Assembly (NCBI RefSeq): GCF_001194135.2 | Contig: NC_068984.1 | Span: 62,490,495-62,554,372, forward strand | Direction of reading: 5' to 3' | DNA length: 63,878 nt | Source of the DNA: Octopus bimaculoides | Lineage: Eukaryota | Shown here: positions 12,542-27,164 of the stretch, in pieces | How positions within the stretch are numbered: position 1 is the first letter of the stretch | Layout: each line of letters starts with the position of its first letter | Translations under genes and position numbers: made by a program | Notes under the pieces: generated by a model | Told to the model about the DNA's origin: nothing | Databases searched by the model: none | Seen by the model: only the letters and a program-made list of their open reading frames with translations

Positions 12542-15437
12542 NNNNNNNNNNNNNNNNNNNNNNNNNNNNNNNNNNNNNNNNNNNNNNNNNNNNNNNNNNN
12601 NNNNNNNNNNNNNNNNNNNNNNNNNNNNNNNNNNNNNNNNNNNNNNNNNNNNNNNNNNNNNNNNNNNNNNNNNNNNNNNNNNNNNNNNNNNNNNNNNNNN
12701 NNNNNNNNNNNNNNNNNNNNNNNNNNNNNNNNNNNNNNNNNNNNNNNNNNNNNNNNNNNNNNNNNNNNNNNNNNNNNNNNNNNNNNNNNNNNNNNNNNNN
12801 NNNNNNNNNNNNNNNNNNNNNNNNNNNNNNNNNNNNNNNNNNNNNNNNNNNNNNNNNNNATATATATACATAAAGCATACATCTATGTATGCTTACATGT
12901 ATTTGTGTGTATGTGTTAGTGTGTGAGTATGTATGCAGGCTACCAAATGTCGATGTCGTAAAAACTAAAACATAAGATAATTTCGCGATGATCATCCTGG
13001 CTCACTGCGCTCTAAGTTCAAATCCTATCAACTTCGACTGTCTCTTTCATTGGTTTTCCACACAATAAATAAAATACTAGTTCCGTACTGGCGTCATTTT
13101 TATTTTATCCTTTTTAATTCATCGTTTCTGGTTGCTTATGTATCTCAGTTTCTGGGAAAAATTGTCACTGATACAATCTTGTGTGGAAGTGGTCACTGAT
13201 ATTTCTAAAATTTCCAAAGACCGGCCGTGTATACACAAGGGTATCCACATAACTTGTACGAGTTGATTATCCACTTAAAGGTAAGGCACCTCCTCTCCCA
13301 AACTGACAAATACACTCATACATACACATATGAAGATATGAAATTATACTGTTCATTGTTTCTATTATCGTTAGACCTAGGCCACTATAAAACTAAAGTT
13401 CAGTCAATTACATCTCCTAGTATTTAGACATTAAGGTTTGACGTCACTAGACTTTTCCTGCTATTTACAGCTGGATGAGAGATCACCAAGAAAAACTCCT
13501 TTGTTAGTGCAATGTATGTATACTTGCAGGCATACATGTGTGTGTGTGTGTGTGCTTATATATATGTGTGTAAACGCTCTGTTTACTTTTCTCTCTGTCA
13601 AACATTCAATCGCAAACCTTTCTCTTTATCCACACCTCTCTCTTCTTGTGTCATCATCGATAATGTGTCGTGTATGTGGAATCAGTCAACAGCAAACAAT
13701 AATTTTTAAACTAATTAATATACTGCAATTGAATTTAATTTAATTCCAAAACAAGAGTCAACGAAAACATCAGTTATTAATGTTTTAACAACAGTATCAT
13801 TACAATTTTATATCAATATATTCAACCTCAGAGATTTGTTATTAAATAAAACAAGTCCTGGGAGACCAATGAAAAGAATAATGTGTATTTTCTGCCGGCA
13901 ATATTTACACACTAACTGTCACTCTCATCATCTATACCATAGCTACATAGTGTTTTTTTTTTACTGAACTATTTGACTTGAATTATAAAGCTGGTGATAA
14001 TATTGGTTATTATTTCCTTTGTTAGTAGTCAGTACTATTCGAGAAGTCTTCTGATTAATCATTTTTGGGTGTAAACAATCCACTTTTGTTACAGACGTAT
14101 ATGTAGATATATATGTTTCCGTCCCTGTTTGACGCAATAGATTTTTATTCAAAAGAAATTTAGCTACTATTTCAAACAAGTTAAACGAATGCTTGCATAC
14201 TGCTTCCTTACCCGGATAGACACTCTTTCTGGCTTTGGAGAATCTTTCATCAGTTTATTCTCACTTGCTTTATTATAGAATCTGCGAATCTATGGACATT
14301 TCAGTGAATCCATATGACTCTACTAATCTCTTTTGTTTATTTTAACAGCTATTTTAAACATATTTGAAAGCATTACGCCAAGCATTCATGACCTTGTAGT
14401 TATGTTTATATGAAAGACTATGCACTTATAAATATTGCTTACGTTTGTAAGGAGATATCTCTTTGGAAAAAAGGATAAATATCTTGCATCTATTTTAGCA
14501 TATGTGATGTCTTGATTTTAAAGATATATTTTAATAAAAGGGAAATTAAACTTCATCAGAATTCAAAATCATGATGTAACGGAAAAATACATAATGCTGT
14601 TAGTAGTTCACTTGGCAATCTAGTATTTCTCCTACAGCGCTATATTCTCCTCTTTTCTTCCGTATAGATTTATCATATGAGGACATGGTCATACATTTAC
14701 AGGTAGTTGTACGCGATTAATGGTAATATATTCCTGATAGTTAGCTTGTTGCCAGAGTTGAGAAGAGAGAAAATATGACACCGGCTGCATTAGTATACAT
14801 ATTGTATAGGAACAAAATGAACGAGCCGCTGTTGGAAATTACTTAGGAACACTACTCTTTGTACCAACCTGACCAGCTTTATTAGTGCTAATACATTTAT
14901 TAAACCATGCTTGTATATTTCAAAATTCAGGCATTTAAACTTTAATCTCTGGTGTTCTTAATTCTCTTTTTACTTCTCTCATTCCATTGATTTTTGCTAC
15001 TTTCTTCCTCCTAGAAATTTGATATTTGGGATATATTGATGTTTACATGAGTGCATGCATAAGTTGTGCTTAGAGACTTTAAAGAACGGCTTCAAAGGTA
15101 TAGACTGTATGTCTCACTATCGCGTGCAATATCACAACTCAATCTAACATTATATATTTCCAAAATCATTATAATCGCCACTGTCATCCTCAGCTTTCAT
15201 GTGGCATGCATTTAATAACAAGCTTTCTCAGTTTTAAAGAATAACGTTGTACGTTGTTTTCCGATTTCATTATCGAACGAACTGCTTGTTTATAAATTCA
15301 CAGACCGTAAGTTAAAGACTTCTTCAACTATCATCATCGATTCGATGACGCTTTGTTATCATATTTATTTTCTGCTTTGGGAGCTGGGTTATTTTGTTTT
15401 ATTTCATAGCATTTTCTCTAAAATCTATATCTAGATA

Positions 15438-16324
15438 CGAGGAGGTACCCAAAAGTAACCGGAAACGTTCGCTGTGGGATAAGACCATTGTAGTTCAGGC
15501 TTCTGCCGCTAGAAGCCACTTGATGCAACTCTCAGGCATTGGTTTGCCGACCGACGTTGTTTGGTGGTGTCATGCTGCAACGTGGTGCGTCTTTGTTTTG
15601 CAGTATTTCTCCCCTGTCCGTCGATTTTTTGCGATGGCGGAAACGAAGGAACAGCGTGCTTCCGCGAAATTCTGTTTTCTGCTGGAGAAAACGGCGGCTG
15701 AAACATTCTTTAAACAGCTTACAAGGACGCTGCCATGAGCAAAATACAAGTTTACGAGTGGTTTTCACGCTTTAGGAATGTTAACATGTCGCTTGAAGAC
15801 CAATCTCGTTCAGGCCGATCGTCGACCTTCCGGACGAATGAAAGCATCGCGAAAATTCATGAACTGATCTTGGAGATCCATCACTGAACAATTGGTGAAC
15901 GTGTTAATATGGTTTGAGTGTCCTGGAGCTCCTGTCAACGAATTTTGAGCAAGGAATTACGAATGAAAAGAGTTGCAGCAAAATTTGAGTCTCACTTGCT
16001 CACGGAAGATCAAAAGCAGTCACAACTGAATGCACATCTGGAAGTTGATCCGGACCTTTATTAGAAGGTCATCATTTGTGACCAAAGCTGGTGCTACAGA
16101 ATTTGCAGATGTGGAAGAAGTGAAGATAAAAAAAAAACGACGGAGAAGTTAAAATGTACCACATCGCAAGAGTTCCAGCATTGTTTCGAACAGTGGAAAA
16201 CGCGTCTGGGCCGATGCATTGCTTCAAATAGAGAATAATTTGGAGGCGTTAAAATAATAAACATGTAAAAGTAAATGAATAGAATAATATTGCAAAATTC
16301 CGGTTTCTTTTGGGTACCCCCTCA
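15438..16324 (+). mobile_element. Internally deleted mariner transposon with both TIRs
   Basis: TIRs CGAGGAGGTACCCAAAAGTAACCGGAA and TTCCGGTTTCTTTTGGGTACCCCCTCA; TA at left end. Transposase remnants MAETKEQRASAKFCF..., QVYEWFSRFR, EDQSRSGRPST, MKRVAAKF, ICDQSWCY, FADVEEVK, CFEQWKTR..RCI. Most of the catalytic domain is missing. Confidence 0.92.
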
Positions 16325-16795
16325 TGCTGACCCACATCAATTTCCGAATATTGCTACACAGAGCACTACTGTTTATTGTAGTATATGCTAAAAAGTACAC
16401 AGGATAATTCAGTGAACTAAAATGAAATAACATAAAGCTCTTGAACAATCCCATCCAACTGACAAAAATAAGGTTGCAAACGCATGATAAGGCTTCACCG
16501 AAAGGCGTGGGATTTTTCAACAGATACATTGTATTTCATTTTACTCTAGTTAATGATGCTTAGTATGGTTACTTTTTAATGATGCCGATTGGTTTCAATC
16601 GCTTAAATAAACGATTTAGTCATGTTGAAATAAATTAAATACCATTGATATCTCATGATAATAATCCTGATACTTCTATCTCTCTTCTTTTTTCTTTTTT
16701 CCTTTTCCCTTTCTTCTTCTCTTCTTTCCTTTTTCCTTTCATTTTCCCCCCTTTCTTTTTCTCCTCTTTCAGTTATATCTAGAATATACTCATTC

Positions 16796-17188
16796 CAAAC
16801 ATTCACTTTTGGAGGGAATTTTTTGATAACGTGTAGGTCTGTATGAAAATACATTAGTATAATATTTGCAAATTAACAATTCGAAAAATCAATCAGTAAG
16901 TAAAATAAAACGAATNNNNNNNNNNNNNNNNNNNNNNNNNNNNNNNNNNNNNNNNNNNNNNNNNNNNNNNNNNNNNNNNNNNNNNNNNNNNNNNNNNNNN
17001 NNNNNNNNNNNNNNNNNNNNNNNNNNNNNNNNNNNNNNNNNNNNNNNNNNNNNNNNNNNNNNNNNNNNNNNNNNNNNNNNNNNNNNNNNNNNNNNNNNNN
17101 NNNNNNNNNNNGAAACACATTTGGAATAAAGAATTCAAATTCTCCACTTTACCTTCAAACATTCAATTTTAGGGAGGATTCTTTGATG

Positions 17189-17227
<39 letters not shown>

Positions 17228-17900
17228 CGTGCGTGTGCGTGTGCGTGTGCGCTTGTGTGGTTGGGAATATTCCATGTTTATACTGTGTAACTTCGATCAG
17301 GCCTCTTTTAATTCCATGATTTTGCGTTAGAGAGCATAAATATAACACAAAACGTACTGTCTCGGCTTTTCTTTCAAACATTCAACTTTGGAGAGAATTT
17401 TTTGATGAAATGTAGTTCTATTGCTTTTCGGTATTGCGGATCGTCCCGTTCACACTTGTAAAAAGGAAAAATTTTGAATTTTCCGTGGCCGATGTTTACT
17501 TAATGGAATCTTGAGTAATTCTTCTTGTCGGATATGTTGCCTGTGGATACTTGCACGTTAGCAGAGGGGATTATTTATTTCACCATTGTAATTTTCTTTA
17601 CAGTTTGGGAAGGTAATGCAGTATATGAGGTTTTGCGTTTTGCAGTTCATATCTGTATTTATTTTTGAAAAGGGATCCATTCTTAAACTTTATGTGGGAA
17701 CCACTTTCCAAGTATTTGAAGTTGTTGATATTGTTACATGTTCTACATCTATCTCCACATTCTTTTACTAAGAATTCGGATTCATTCTCGGATTTGAATT
17801 CTACCCTTGTGAGATGTTTTGTATGTTTTTTTGGTTGGCGTCTGCTATTCCGCAAGGTGTTTTTTTTCAATCAGAGTTTTCATTTTGAGGCCTTGTAGGA
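16796..17900 (-). mobile_element. Neptune/Poseidon-like PLE GIY-YIG endonuclease remnant with tandemly repeated 3' ends
   Basis: RQPKKHTKHLTRVEF..KECGDRCRTC..GSHIKFKNG, then after a frameshift MNCKTQNLIYCITFPNCKENYNGE..IHRQHIR..IPLSKH..FIKKFSPKLNV*. The terminal FIKKFxPKLNV segment recurs at 16796-16830, 17156-17190 and 17375-17409. Confidence 0.85.
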
Positions 17901-18689
17901 GTGTAGGTAAGTTTTCATTAACTTTTTCCTTAGGTGTGCGCAGTTGGGTGATATTCTAAATATAACACAAAGAGCAGATAAAGAACTGAGGAAAAAGGAA
18001 GGGAAAAGGAAAGAAAAGAGGAAAAGAAAAAAAGGATAAAAGAGAAAAAAGAAGAGAGATAGAAAGAAAGCAAACAGACTTTCAGTGATGANNNNNNNNN
18101 NTTTTCCTTTTTCTCACCATCCTTAAACCCATTCCAATACAAGAGTAAAGGAAAAAAAATGAATGAATGGTGAATAGGAAGGTGGATTCCCTTCTCGCTC
18201 TCTTTCCCTCTAACCATCTCTCTCTCTCTCTCTCTATCTTTCTACCAGCCTATCTACCTACCTATATTTCTATCTATCCATCTCCATTGTCTTGGAACCT
18301 AATCCCCCCCCCAAAAAAAACAATGTTCTTTCTAAACAACCCCACCACAAAAAAAAACCCATCTGTTTTATATGAATGAACAAGCTGTTTATAATAATGA
18401 AGAAATAAAAGGATTTTTTCCAAAATTCTGACGACTATTTTTCTCAATATTCAATTCTATACATCACACCTAACACTCTATACATATATATATATTAAGT
18501 ATATGGTTTAACTTATTAAACAAAGTACAACAAATTCAATCATATTTTACGTAAATGGATGCGATTAGATGCTAATATGGATGATAATTTTTTTTTAGTC
18601 ATGTAACTATACAATCGTTTCAAAAATGAGTAAGAACACCAAACCTATGTAATACTAACGTCTTTTTAGCTTTTTTAAAATTTTCGGCT

Positions 18690-19290
18690 ACTGACGAGAA
18701 CTTTTCGATAACGCAGATTATCCCGTCGTAATTGTTAAGGAACTAGCAGAGAAACATGGATTTGGTCATTCAACCATTCATCGACACCTGCGTGCGATCG
18801 GAAAAGTCAGCAAATTGGGTCAATGGGTTGCTCACAAATTTTTCGAATCTAATCGCGTGCAGAGAGTGAATGTGTTCTCTTCTTTGTTGTCACGTCTCAC
18901 GAATAAACCTTTTCTGGACCGTTAGCAACTGGTGATGAGAAATGGGTTCTCTATAAAAATGTAAAGCGCTGCAGACAGTGGATAGAGAATGGAGAAACAC
19001 TGTGTCCCTAGGCTAAAGAAGGTCTTCACACACGCAAAGTTGTTGTTATATGTTTGGTGGGATATGAAATATTTAGTCCACTTTGAACTTGCAAACCCAA
19101 ACGAAACCATAACAAAGGAGATCTACTGCGAGCAGCTTGAACGGCTTCAATCAGAGCTAGAAGAAAAACGACCATTATTGGTTTCAAGACGAAAGGTGTT
19201 CTTTCATCAGAATGATACTCAGCAACATGCAGAGAAGACATTCCAAATGCTGGCGCAGTTTGAACGGGAAACGATGCCCCACCCACCATC
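18690..19290 (+). mobile_element. Mariner transposase remnant (SETMAR/Hsmar-like)
   Basis: HRHLRAIGKVSKLGQWVAHK, TGDEKWVLYKNV, WWDM, TITKEIYCEQLERL..L.EKRP, FHQND..QH, MPHPP. Truncated by a (TG)n tract just before the YSPDLAP motif. Confidence 0.9.
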
Positions 19291-19838
19291 GTGTGTGTGT
19301 GTTTGTGAGTGTGTGAGCATGCAGAAAATATAGAATGGTGTGTGTATGTGTTTGTGTATATATATCATATAACACACAAATATTCAATCCGAACTGGTTG
19401 AAAAACATAACAACTACTTCTGTTATATAATCAGTAATCCAAGTACGTCTTTTTATTTTTCTTGTGGCTGGGACTGCTTCGGTTGCGGTTAAAAGGCAAT
19501 ATCTATCATATGCAACTTTCTTTTGGCAATTCTGCATTGTCGGAATCACAACGAATGATGAACAGAATTATTGGCCAGTTTTGCAGTTTCTATCGAATAA
19601 ATTAATATTAAATTAGTACTTTGTGTTATAACAAAAGATTTTCTTCTAAGTAGGAATGAATATTACATTTTGTTATTAATACTGATTCCCACGCTATTAA
19701 TTATGTTTTTTTTTTAATAAATGTTGTTACAGTTTACTATATTCAGTTTGTGCATTATTTTAAATATACTTATTCTCTATACATTATGTGTACACCCCCC
19801 ACACACACACATGCACACACGCACACGCACGCACACAC

Positions 19839-19909
<71 letters not shown>

Positions 19910-19919
19910 CGCACGCACA

Positions 19920-21184
19920 TCAAGTCCTTAAGAATGAAATGTCCGATTTTGAACTGAAAGTTTATTTTACTTTCTCTAAACTAAAAGCAATGCAGTTACT
20001 CAAAGTATGCATCTAAATTATCAACACAATTTTGCCATTTTGTCGGTAGCTTATTTATGCCGACAGCGAAAAATTCTGGAGAGCAAGAAGTGATGAAATA
20101 ATGAAAGGCTGTTTTTGCATCTCCTTCAGACTTGAAGTTTTCTCTTTGCAAAGAGTTGTCTCATGCCTGGATAACGTGACTGTCAGTTGGTGCAAGGTCT
20201 GGTGAATATGATGGATGACAGATTACTAGCAAGTTCAGTTCTTGTGACTTGAGTAGCTTTCTTTGTGCAACATGTGGTCGAGCATTGTCTTGCAAGAGAA
20301 TCGGCCTGTCTCTTTCGACCTATCTCGGCTACTTAATTGCGATTTCACTCATCATTTCATCTAGTTGGCTGATGTATATATCGGCTGTAATTGACTTAGC
20401 AGGTTTCATGAAGCTGTACTGGATGACACCAGCGTTGGACCACAACATAGACACCATTAACATTTTTTGGTGAAAATTTCTTTTTGGATTGTGTTTTGTC
20501 ACTTCGTCTCTATCTAATCACTGTGCAGAACGCTTGCTATTATTGAAAAGAATCCATTTTTATCACACGTAACAACACGATGCAAAAATTCTTCGTTTTT
20601 ATGCTGTGATAGCAAAGAACAGCAAGTTTCAAGACGACGTGTCATTTGATGCTCGTTCAGTTCGGGTGGTATCTACTTGTTCAGCTTCTTTATCTTGCCG
20701 ATTTGCTTCAGATGGTTGAATACAGCTAGAATAGAAACATCAAACCTTGCTACTACCTCACATGTAGTTTGAGATGTATCCGCTTCCACTACAGTTTCCA
20801 GTTCATCATTATCCACCTTGGTGTCAGGTCTACCACGGGGTTGATTTTCAAGAGGAAAATCACCAGACCGGAACTTCTTAAACCATCGACGCATAGTGGG
20901 CTCATTCGCCACATCTTCACCAAACACCTCATTGATGTTTTGAGCTGCCTGGGATGCATTGGTTACACAACGGAACTCATATTCATAAACAACACGAAAT
21001 TTTGATCTCCACATGAGTTCAGAAAAAATTGATTTACAAGAGAAAACTCACAATATAATCAGAACCATGAACTGTGTTTCTAAAAGTGATGTAAAACAAA
21101 GAATTGTCAGGATAAAACATTAGAGGTAATGACTGTCAAACTTAGTGCATAAGAAAATCGAACATTTCATTCTTAATATCCTGA
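19920..21184 (-). mobile_element. Full-length decayed mariner (~1265 bp)
   Basis: TIRs TCAAGTCCTTAAGAATGAAATGTCCGATTT (19920) and AAATCGAACATTTCATTCTTAATATCCTGA (to 21184). ORF 20673-21014 (RRWFKKFRSGDF.LEN.PRGRP) continues with stops and frameshifts through TCDKKWILFNN and YSPDLAPTD. Confidence 0.93.
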
Positions 21185-21218
21185 CACACACACATATATA
21201 TATATATATATGTATACA

Positions 21219-21276
<58 letters not shown>

Positions 21277-22976
21277 CATATATGTGTGTGTGTACGAATA
21301 TATGTGTTTCCTATATAATTATATATTTAGGAAACTGCTCAATAAAAATAAAAATAAAAATTATTCCTGAAAATATAACTTAAATATTTAGATAGATATC
21401 TTTTTATCAATTCAACTTTTTGATGAATCATATATTAAAACGTTATAGATCTTAGTGAATAGGTGTATAAACCTTCCGAATATAATAAAATAATTCGTAC
21501 AATAAATTATGCGTCCTGTATCTGAGTTTCCGTCTCTAAGCTTTCTTACAATATACTTACACATTAAATGAAATGAGAAGGTAGTATTGTAAGCTACTTT
21601 CCTCTACCCTGGGAATGAAACGCATACTGTTGGTGTCTGTATACGGATAACCTTTTGTTTTAATACTTTCGTAGCTTCAAATTAGACATTAATTACACTA
21701 AAGGGATCTGCGAAACGTCATTTATTTGAAATTTCATCTATATGTACATTAATGAAAAATCTCCAGCTTCTTCGAAAGCTCTTGAGAGGTATTGACAATA
21801 GCCTTTCTCTTAAGTAAACACTTGTTAATAATCCACTATTAGCACTCTGTATGCAGTATACTTCCTTCATATTATTTATTTATACCTAGGGAGATAATGA
21901 GTTACGTATATCTGCAGGTACACGTTATATTGACGGCAAGTGGATACAAGCTGTCAAGTCAGTTGAACAAACGATTGTTCTCTTATGCTAGATGCGATTT
22001 TATGCAAGGAGATATCATGCTATCAAGACGGAAAAATAATACCGGTTTGTGAAACAATTCACGCGGAGCAATGTGCTTTACTCAATAATACAAATTATTT
22101 CATGTTTAAATGTTCGGTGATCTTGACAAGGATTACATCTGTCATTAGAAATGCATTCACCATTGAATAAAGTGTTTGCCACTTTAACGTGGCACTTCTA
22201 GATAATAGCATAAGATATAATAGAGTGATGCATTTCGCTCCTTGGCAGTGTTTCGAATAATTGAATTGAAGAGCTTGTTTCCAACTATGATGCTTCTAAA
22301 TTATATTGTATGATTTTTTTTATTTCATCACTTTACCAATTGCTAAAGCCATGGATTCAATCAAATGGATATCAAGATGACAATAAATAAATAAGGAGTG
22401 GCAAGTGTTTTGCACAATAATGATGGCTCTATGCAAATGGAGCAATGATGCCATTTCCAGTTTTGTTTCAAGCTATTTTACTTTACGTTTTTAAAACACT
22501 TCTGAATGGCATGGATATTATAATACTCCATGTAATCTCGGTAACAGAAAAAAAAAACTTGTTTAGAAATTGGGCAGTAATTATCTAATAATTCCATTAT
22601 ACCAGTTAATTAATGACCATAATTCTACAACCACTGGAATATTTTTAATTTTGTTTACGGTGAATGCTGTAGTGAAATGGCTTAACATAAATTCGTTTTC
22701 CTATCTTCTATTAATTAGATTTATGTGTTTGTAGAAAAAATAATTATGGAAATGCAAGAACGGTTTCGTTAACCCTCAGGAAATCATATATTTATTCGAT
22801 ACATATAGACAAACTATTGAAAACTTCGTAATAAAGAATAAAAGAAACTGGAGATTCATGCTTTTACTGCGCTAGGAATTTAACTGACCTAAAATGGCGT
22901 CAAATAATAGTCGGAATTGATATGCCGCATTTTGTTAAGAGTTCATACATAGAAAACACACACATACACACACACG

Positions 22977-23053
<77 letters not shown>

Positions 23054-23938
23054 ACGTGTGTGTTTCCTAGATGCTTGGTGTCACACATGGTAAAGTGCCA
23101 GTTTAAATACCTTAAAATATTCATTTTTGTCTTAGTATACTTATGTGTTGCGAAAATCTTGCCACAGTTAGTTTATATTTTCTCCCCAAGTGATAAAATA
23201 ATTGTGACATTGTATGCAACATATTTTCGAGTACGCACAATATGGTCATACAGAATGAACTCTACCAGAGTAATTAAGCTTGCACCATATATTTTCATTT
23301 CCTTTTAATTGGCTTCAACTATATAATGCCTTTATGGATATCTACTGGGTTTAAATAAATTATAAGATATTGAGTAAATATTTATCTCAATTTCCATAGT
23401 GTATGTATTATACTGTATACAATAGAGTCACTTTGCTAATGTCTGTTTCTAAAACTAATATTATAATAAACCTTTGTAAATACTTTTTGAGTTTAACTCC
23501 AGCTTGGACAAACCATATATACATGCCAATCATGTATAAAACTTGCTTCAACAATGCAGCAAAATAAACGTCAGTGGTAAACTACGTAACAGCCATATTT
23601 CTTTGGCTATGTCCCTCGACATTTTCTTTTTTTCGTGCATTATCTACTATAACGCATGCGGAACTGTTTCTTGTCCAAAGCAGTATGTGATTGCATGTGT
23701 TGGTGTAGAAGTGTTAATTCATAACTATACTGGATATCTTTCAAATAGTCGTGGTTATCATGAGATGTTATATATCATGCTTACTATTACAATACACCTA
23801 TACACTACGCATGGAGTATGCGTAACAGTGTGTTATGTGTGTGCTTGTGTGTGTATGTATGTGTACGAGTGTGTGTACTGTGTGTACGAGTGTGTGTATG
23901 TGTGTGTGGTATGTGTATGTGTGTGTGGTGTGTGTGTG

Positions 23939-23995
<57 letters not shown>

Positions 23996-24780
23996 AAGAG
24001 AATGTGGGCATGCATGAGATATAGAATGGTGTATCATACATTTTATAGCTATAATGTTCGATCTTGCTTTGAATAGTAACAGAAAATAGAAAGATAATCG
24101 ACTGAAAAATTTATGTTTAAATTTTATTTCTGATTCTCAGTTTGTGAATTATAAAAGACGATTGCTGCAGCTCCATATATTATAATGACAGCAGAACAAC
24201 AGAGCGTCTAGAAATAACTTCAGAGCAGTTTGGCTTAATACGAACGACCACAAATCTAACATTCCATACTCAAACGGACGATTTTGACAGTGCGATGAAT
24301 GATTGATCAGATCCTTAATCTAAGATTCATAAAGTATTCTCAACCGTCAGAAAAATGTTGAACCTCTTTACAAAATACCCAATATTACTAAGAAATAAGA
24401 GACGTTACTAATATACTTCTTTTTGTCTTGGGTAGTGAATTGATAGAAATGATACGGCATCGAATACAATGCAGTAACGAACTTACCTTCTGATTTTAAA
24501 AATCGATGAATGGAATTTTGTATTTCATTTCTTCGGAATCAGTGAAATAATTTCCGGTAATGGAATCGATATAAAAGTTTATTCTCTTCCCGCATATATG
24601 ATAACTTTTACCTGAATAAAAAATTACTCTTTTTTTTTTCATAATATAACTAAAGCAGAAACTAGACGGGAAAAAAAACAACATTAGAAATGATCTAAAC
24701 TAAGGCGTTGAAACATGACAGAAAATAAAATAGCCATGTGTATATCATACTTAATACAAATAATGCTGCATACATTCTTT

Positions 24781-24997
24781 TATTCTTTTACTTCGTTCAG
24801 TTATTTGACTGGAGCCATGCTGGAGCACTGCCTTGAATGGTTTTTATTCGAATACATCGACACCAGGACTTATTTGCTAAGCCTATACTTATTCTATCGG
24901 TTTCTCTGACCAAACCGTTGAGTTACGGGGACGTGAACACACTAACATCGATTGTCAAGCAGGGATGGGGATAACCACACACACACATATACATACA

Positions 24998-25037
<40 letters not shown>

Positions 25038-25038
25038 G

Positions 25039-25106
<68 letters not shown>

Positions 25107-25150
25107 GACGGGTTTCTTTCAGTTTCCGTCTACCAAAGACACTCCTATAT
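24781..25150 (-). mobile_element. SINE family 1 (tRNA head, internal microsatellite), partial
   Basis: Shares GCCATGCTGGAGCAC, TACTTATTCTATCGG, AGTTACGGGGA, CATCGATTGTCAAGC and TTCAGTTTCCGTCTACCAAA blocks with the copy at 27545. Confidence 0.85.
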
Positions 25151-25791
25151 TGGTGGCAGCAGATTTCGTCTTAGCATGCGGAATGCATCTGCTCATCTCG
25201 TCAGTCATTGCTAGGATGATTTTTATCTACATCTAACATATATTCAGTTCTTAAACGCAACACTTTCGTAAGAGATATCTCATGGAGAATTCCACAATAT
25301 ATTTGCTTTTCATGAAGCTTTTAGTATAAGTATGACAAAATGATTGCTATTTTAATGTAATACTGCTTCTTGAACATATAACATAGAAATTATTTGGAAT
25401 TCAGCCGTTTCGATTTCATATATAGAATACAAAAATATATTTCCAGTGGTCAACGGAAAAATAAATACTTGCAATGTATGCAATTTGTTTTTCGTTATGC
25501 GATAGTTGAGTGACGACACTCCTCAGGTAAATGTTAACTAAATGGGACAGAAAATAATTCTATTTACCCTACGTTACCTAACGTCAGCTACAGAACGACC
25601 TTATGTTATTTTCGGAAATCTGTCATAAGCCTACATGAAAGTCAAATTATATATTGGATTAGTGTACTTTGCTTCATTCAGTTTCGTTCTTGGAAAAAGG
25701 TGAGAGTACTTTCAACACAAATGAGAATGACATTATTTTATTACCAAAATCCATCTACATACATATATAAACACACACACATATGTGTGTG

Positions 25792-25843
<52 letters not shown>

Positions 25844-27164
25844 AATATATACATACATACATGTATATATGTATACAAACACATACACACAAAATGCAAC
25901 TCATAATTTGCTCTAATTTAACTGTTATAATTAAGTGTTACAACATAAACAAAACTTAATTAACTCCAATGATGCAAATGTTAGCCTGTAAAAAGTTTAA
26001 ATCTTAACTGATCTAATAATAACAAACACCTAAACTGAAAAAATCCTACGCCTTTAGCTATTAGCATCAATTTCAGTTCCATAATTTAATTTAATTCGGT
26101 AGAAAAATATTTTCTTCATCAAGACGCGTGAATGTTAACAAATACAAGCATCAGCTATATTCATTAAATTGGATGTACGTGTCATTAAATTTGTATGTTT
26201 GACTGACTTATATATCGTACATACTTTCCTTCTCGATTTTTCAATTCCTCTTCTTTTTTATGTGAGATTGTTAGTAAATGAGTTTTAGTCGGTTTCCACG
26301 ATGATTACTTCAATTGGTAGCTCAATTGAACCACCTATGCATTGGCTTACACTGCCAGACTGCAACTGACTGTAACTTTATGATGGTACTAATGTGACAG
26401 AATTTGAAAGGATGGTTAACAGTAATAGAAACTCAGCCCAACTAACTGGATTCCATACATTCCGTGTATTCAATTTTATGCCAACTAACAGTATTCTATA
26501 TTTTTCGTATATCCATATTCAATCACAAGGCTTTTGTCGACCAGAGACTTAGTAATAAACACAATTCCAAAATACTACGCAACGCATTTGAACTTGAAAT
26601 TTCTTAATCACTTTGGCAAGAAATCTAATAGATGGTTGGTATTTTGGTCGGCAGTATTACTTGTGCATTGTACGAAGCATGGTGTTAGGCTTAAAGTTTT
26701 GGATGATGGTATTATCGGAGTTGTAGTATCGTCGAGTATCAAGTTAATAATAATTTTCTTCAACCCTTGTGACAAACGTTCTTAGTCTATTTGATAAAGC
26801 GTAGCTGTGAGTCAAACCAATTGCCGAATTTTGATATGAGAATTATTTTCGTTTTTACTGGATTAGAAGGACCGTATCTAAGATGGTGATTTCCACCCCT
26901 TTCTGGTTCTCTGATATTTAAAAACTGAATATATGCTACAAATATATAATGCAGAACTGGACGCGCACTAATTTGTTACATTGAAATGCGTTAATTCCAA
27001 GAAGCAAGATGTGTGAAAGGGTAACCGAGATAAAGTATGACCTAATATGAGTGGAGGCCAAAAGCGTTTGTAAGTGGATGGATTTTGAAGTCCCATATTA
27101 ATCTTACACTGAAAATGGTGGCTTGCTAAACAAAATGATTAACAACATATCCTCTGGGTCTTTA

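Noticed and set aside
13961-14460. Possible piggyBac-like C-terminal remnant on minus
   Set aside because: Only a vague VMNAW resemblance; no diagnostic motifs.
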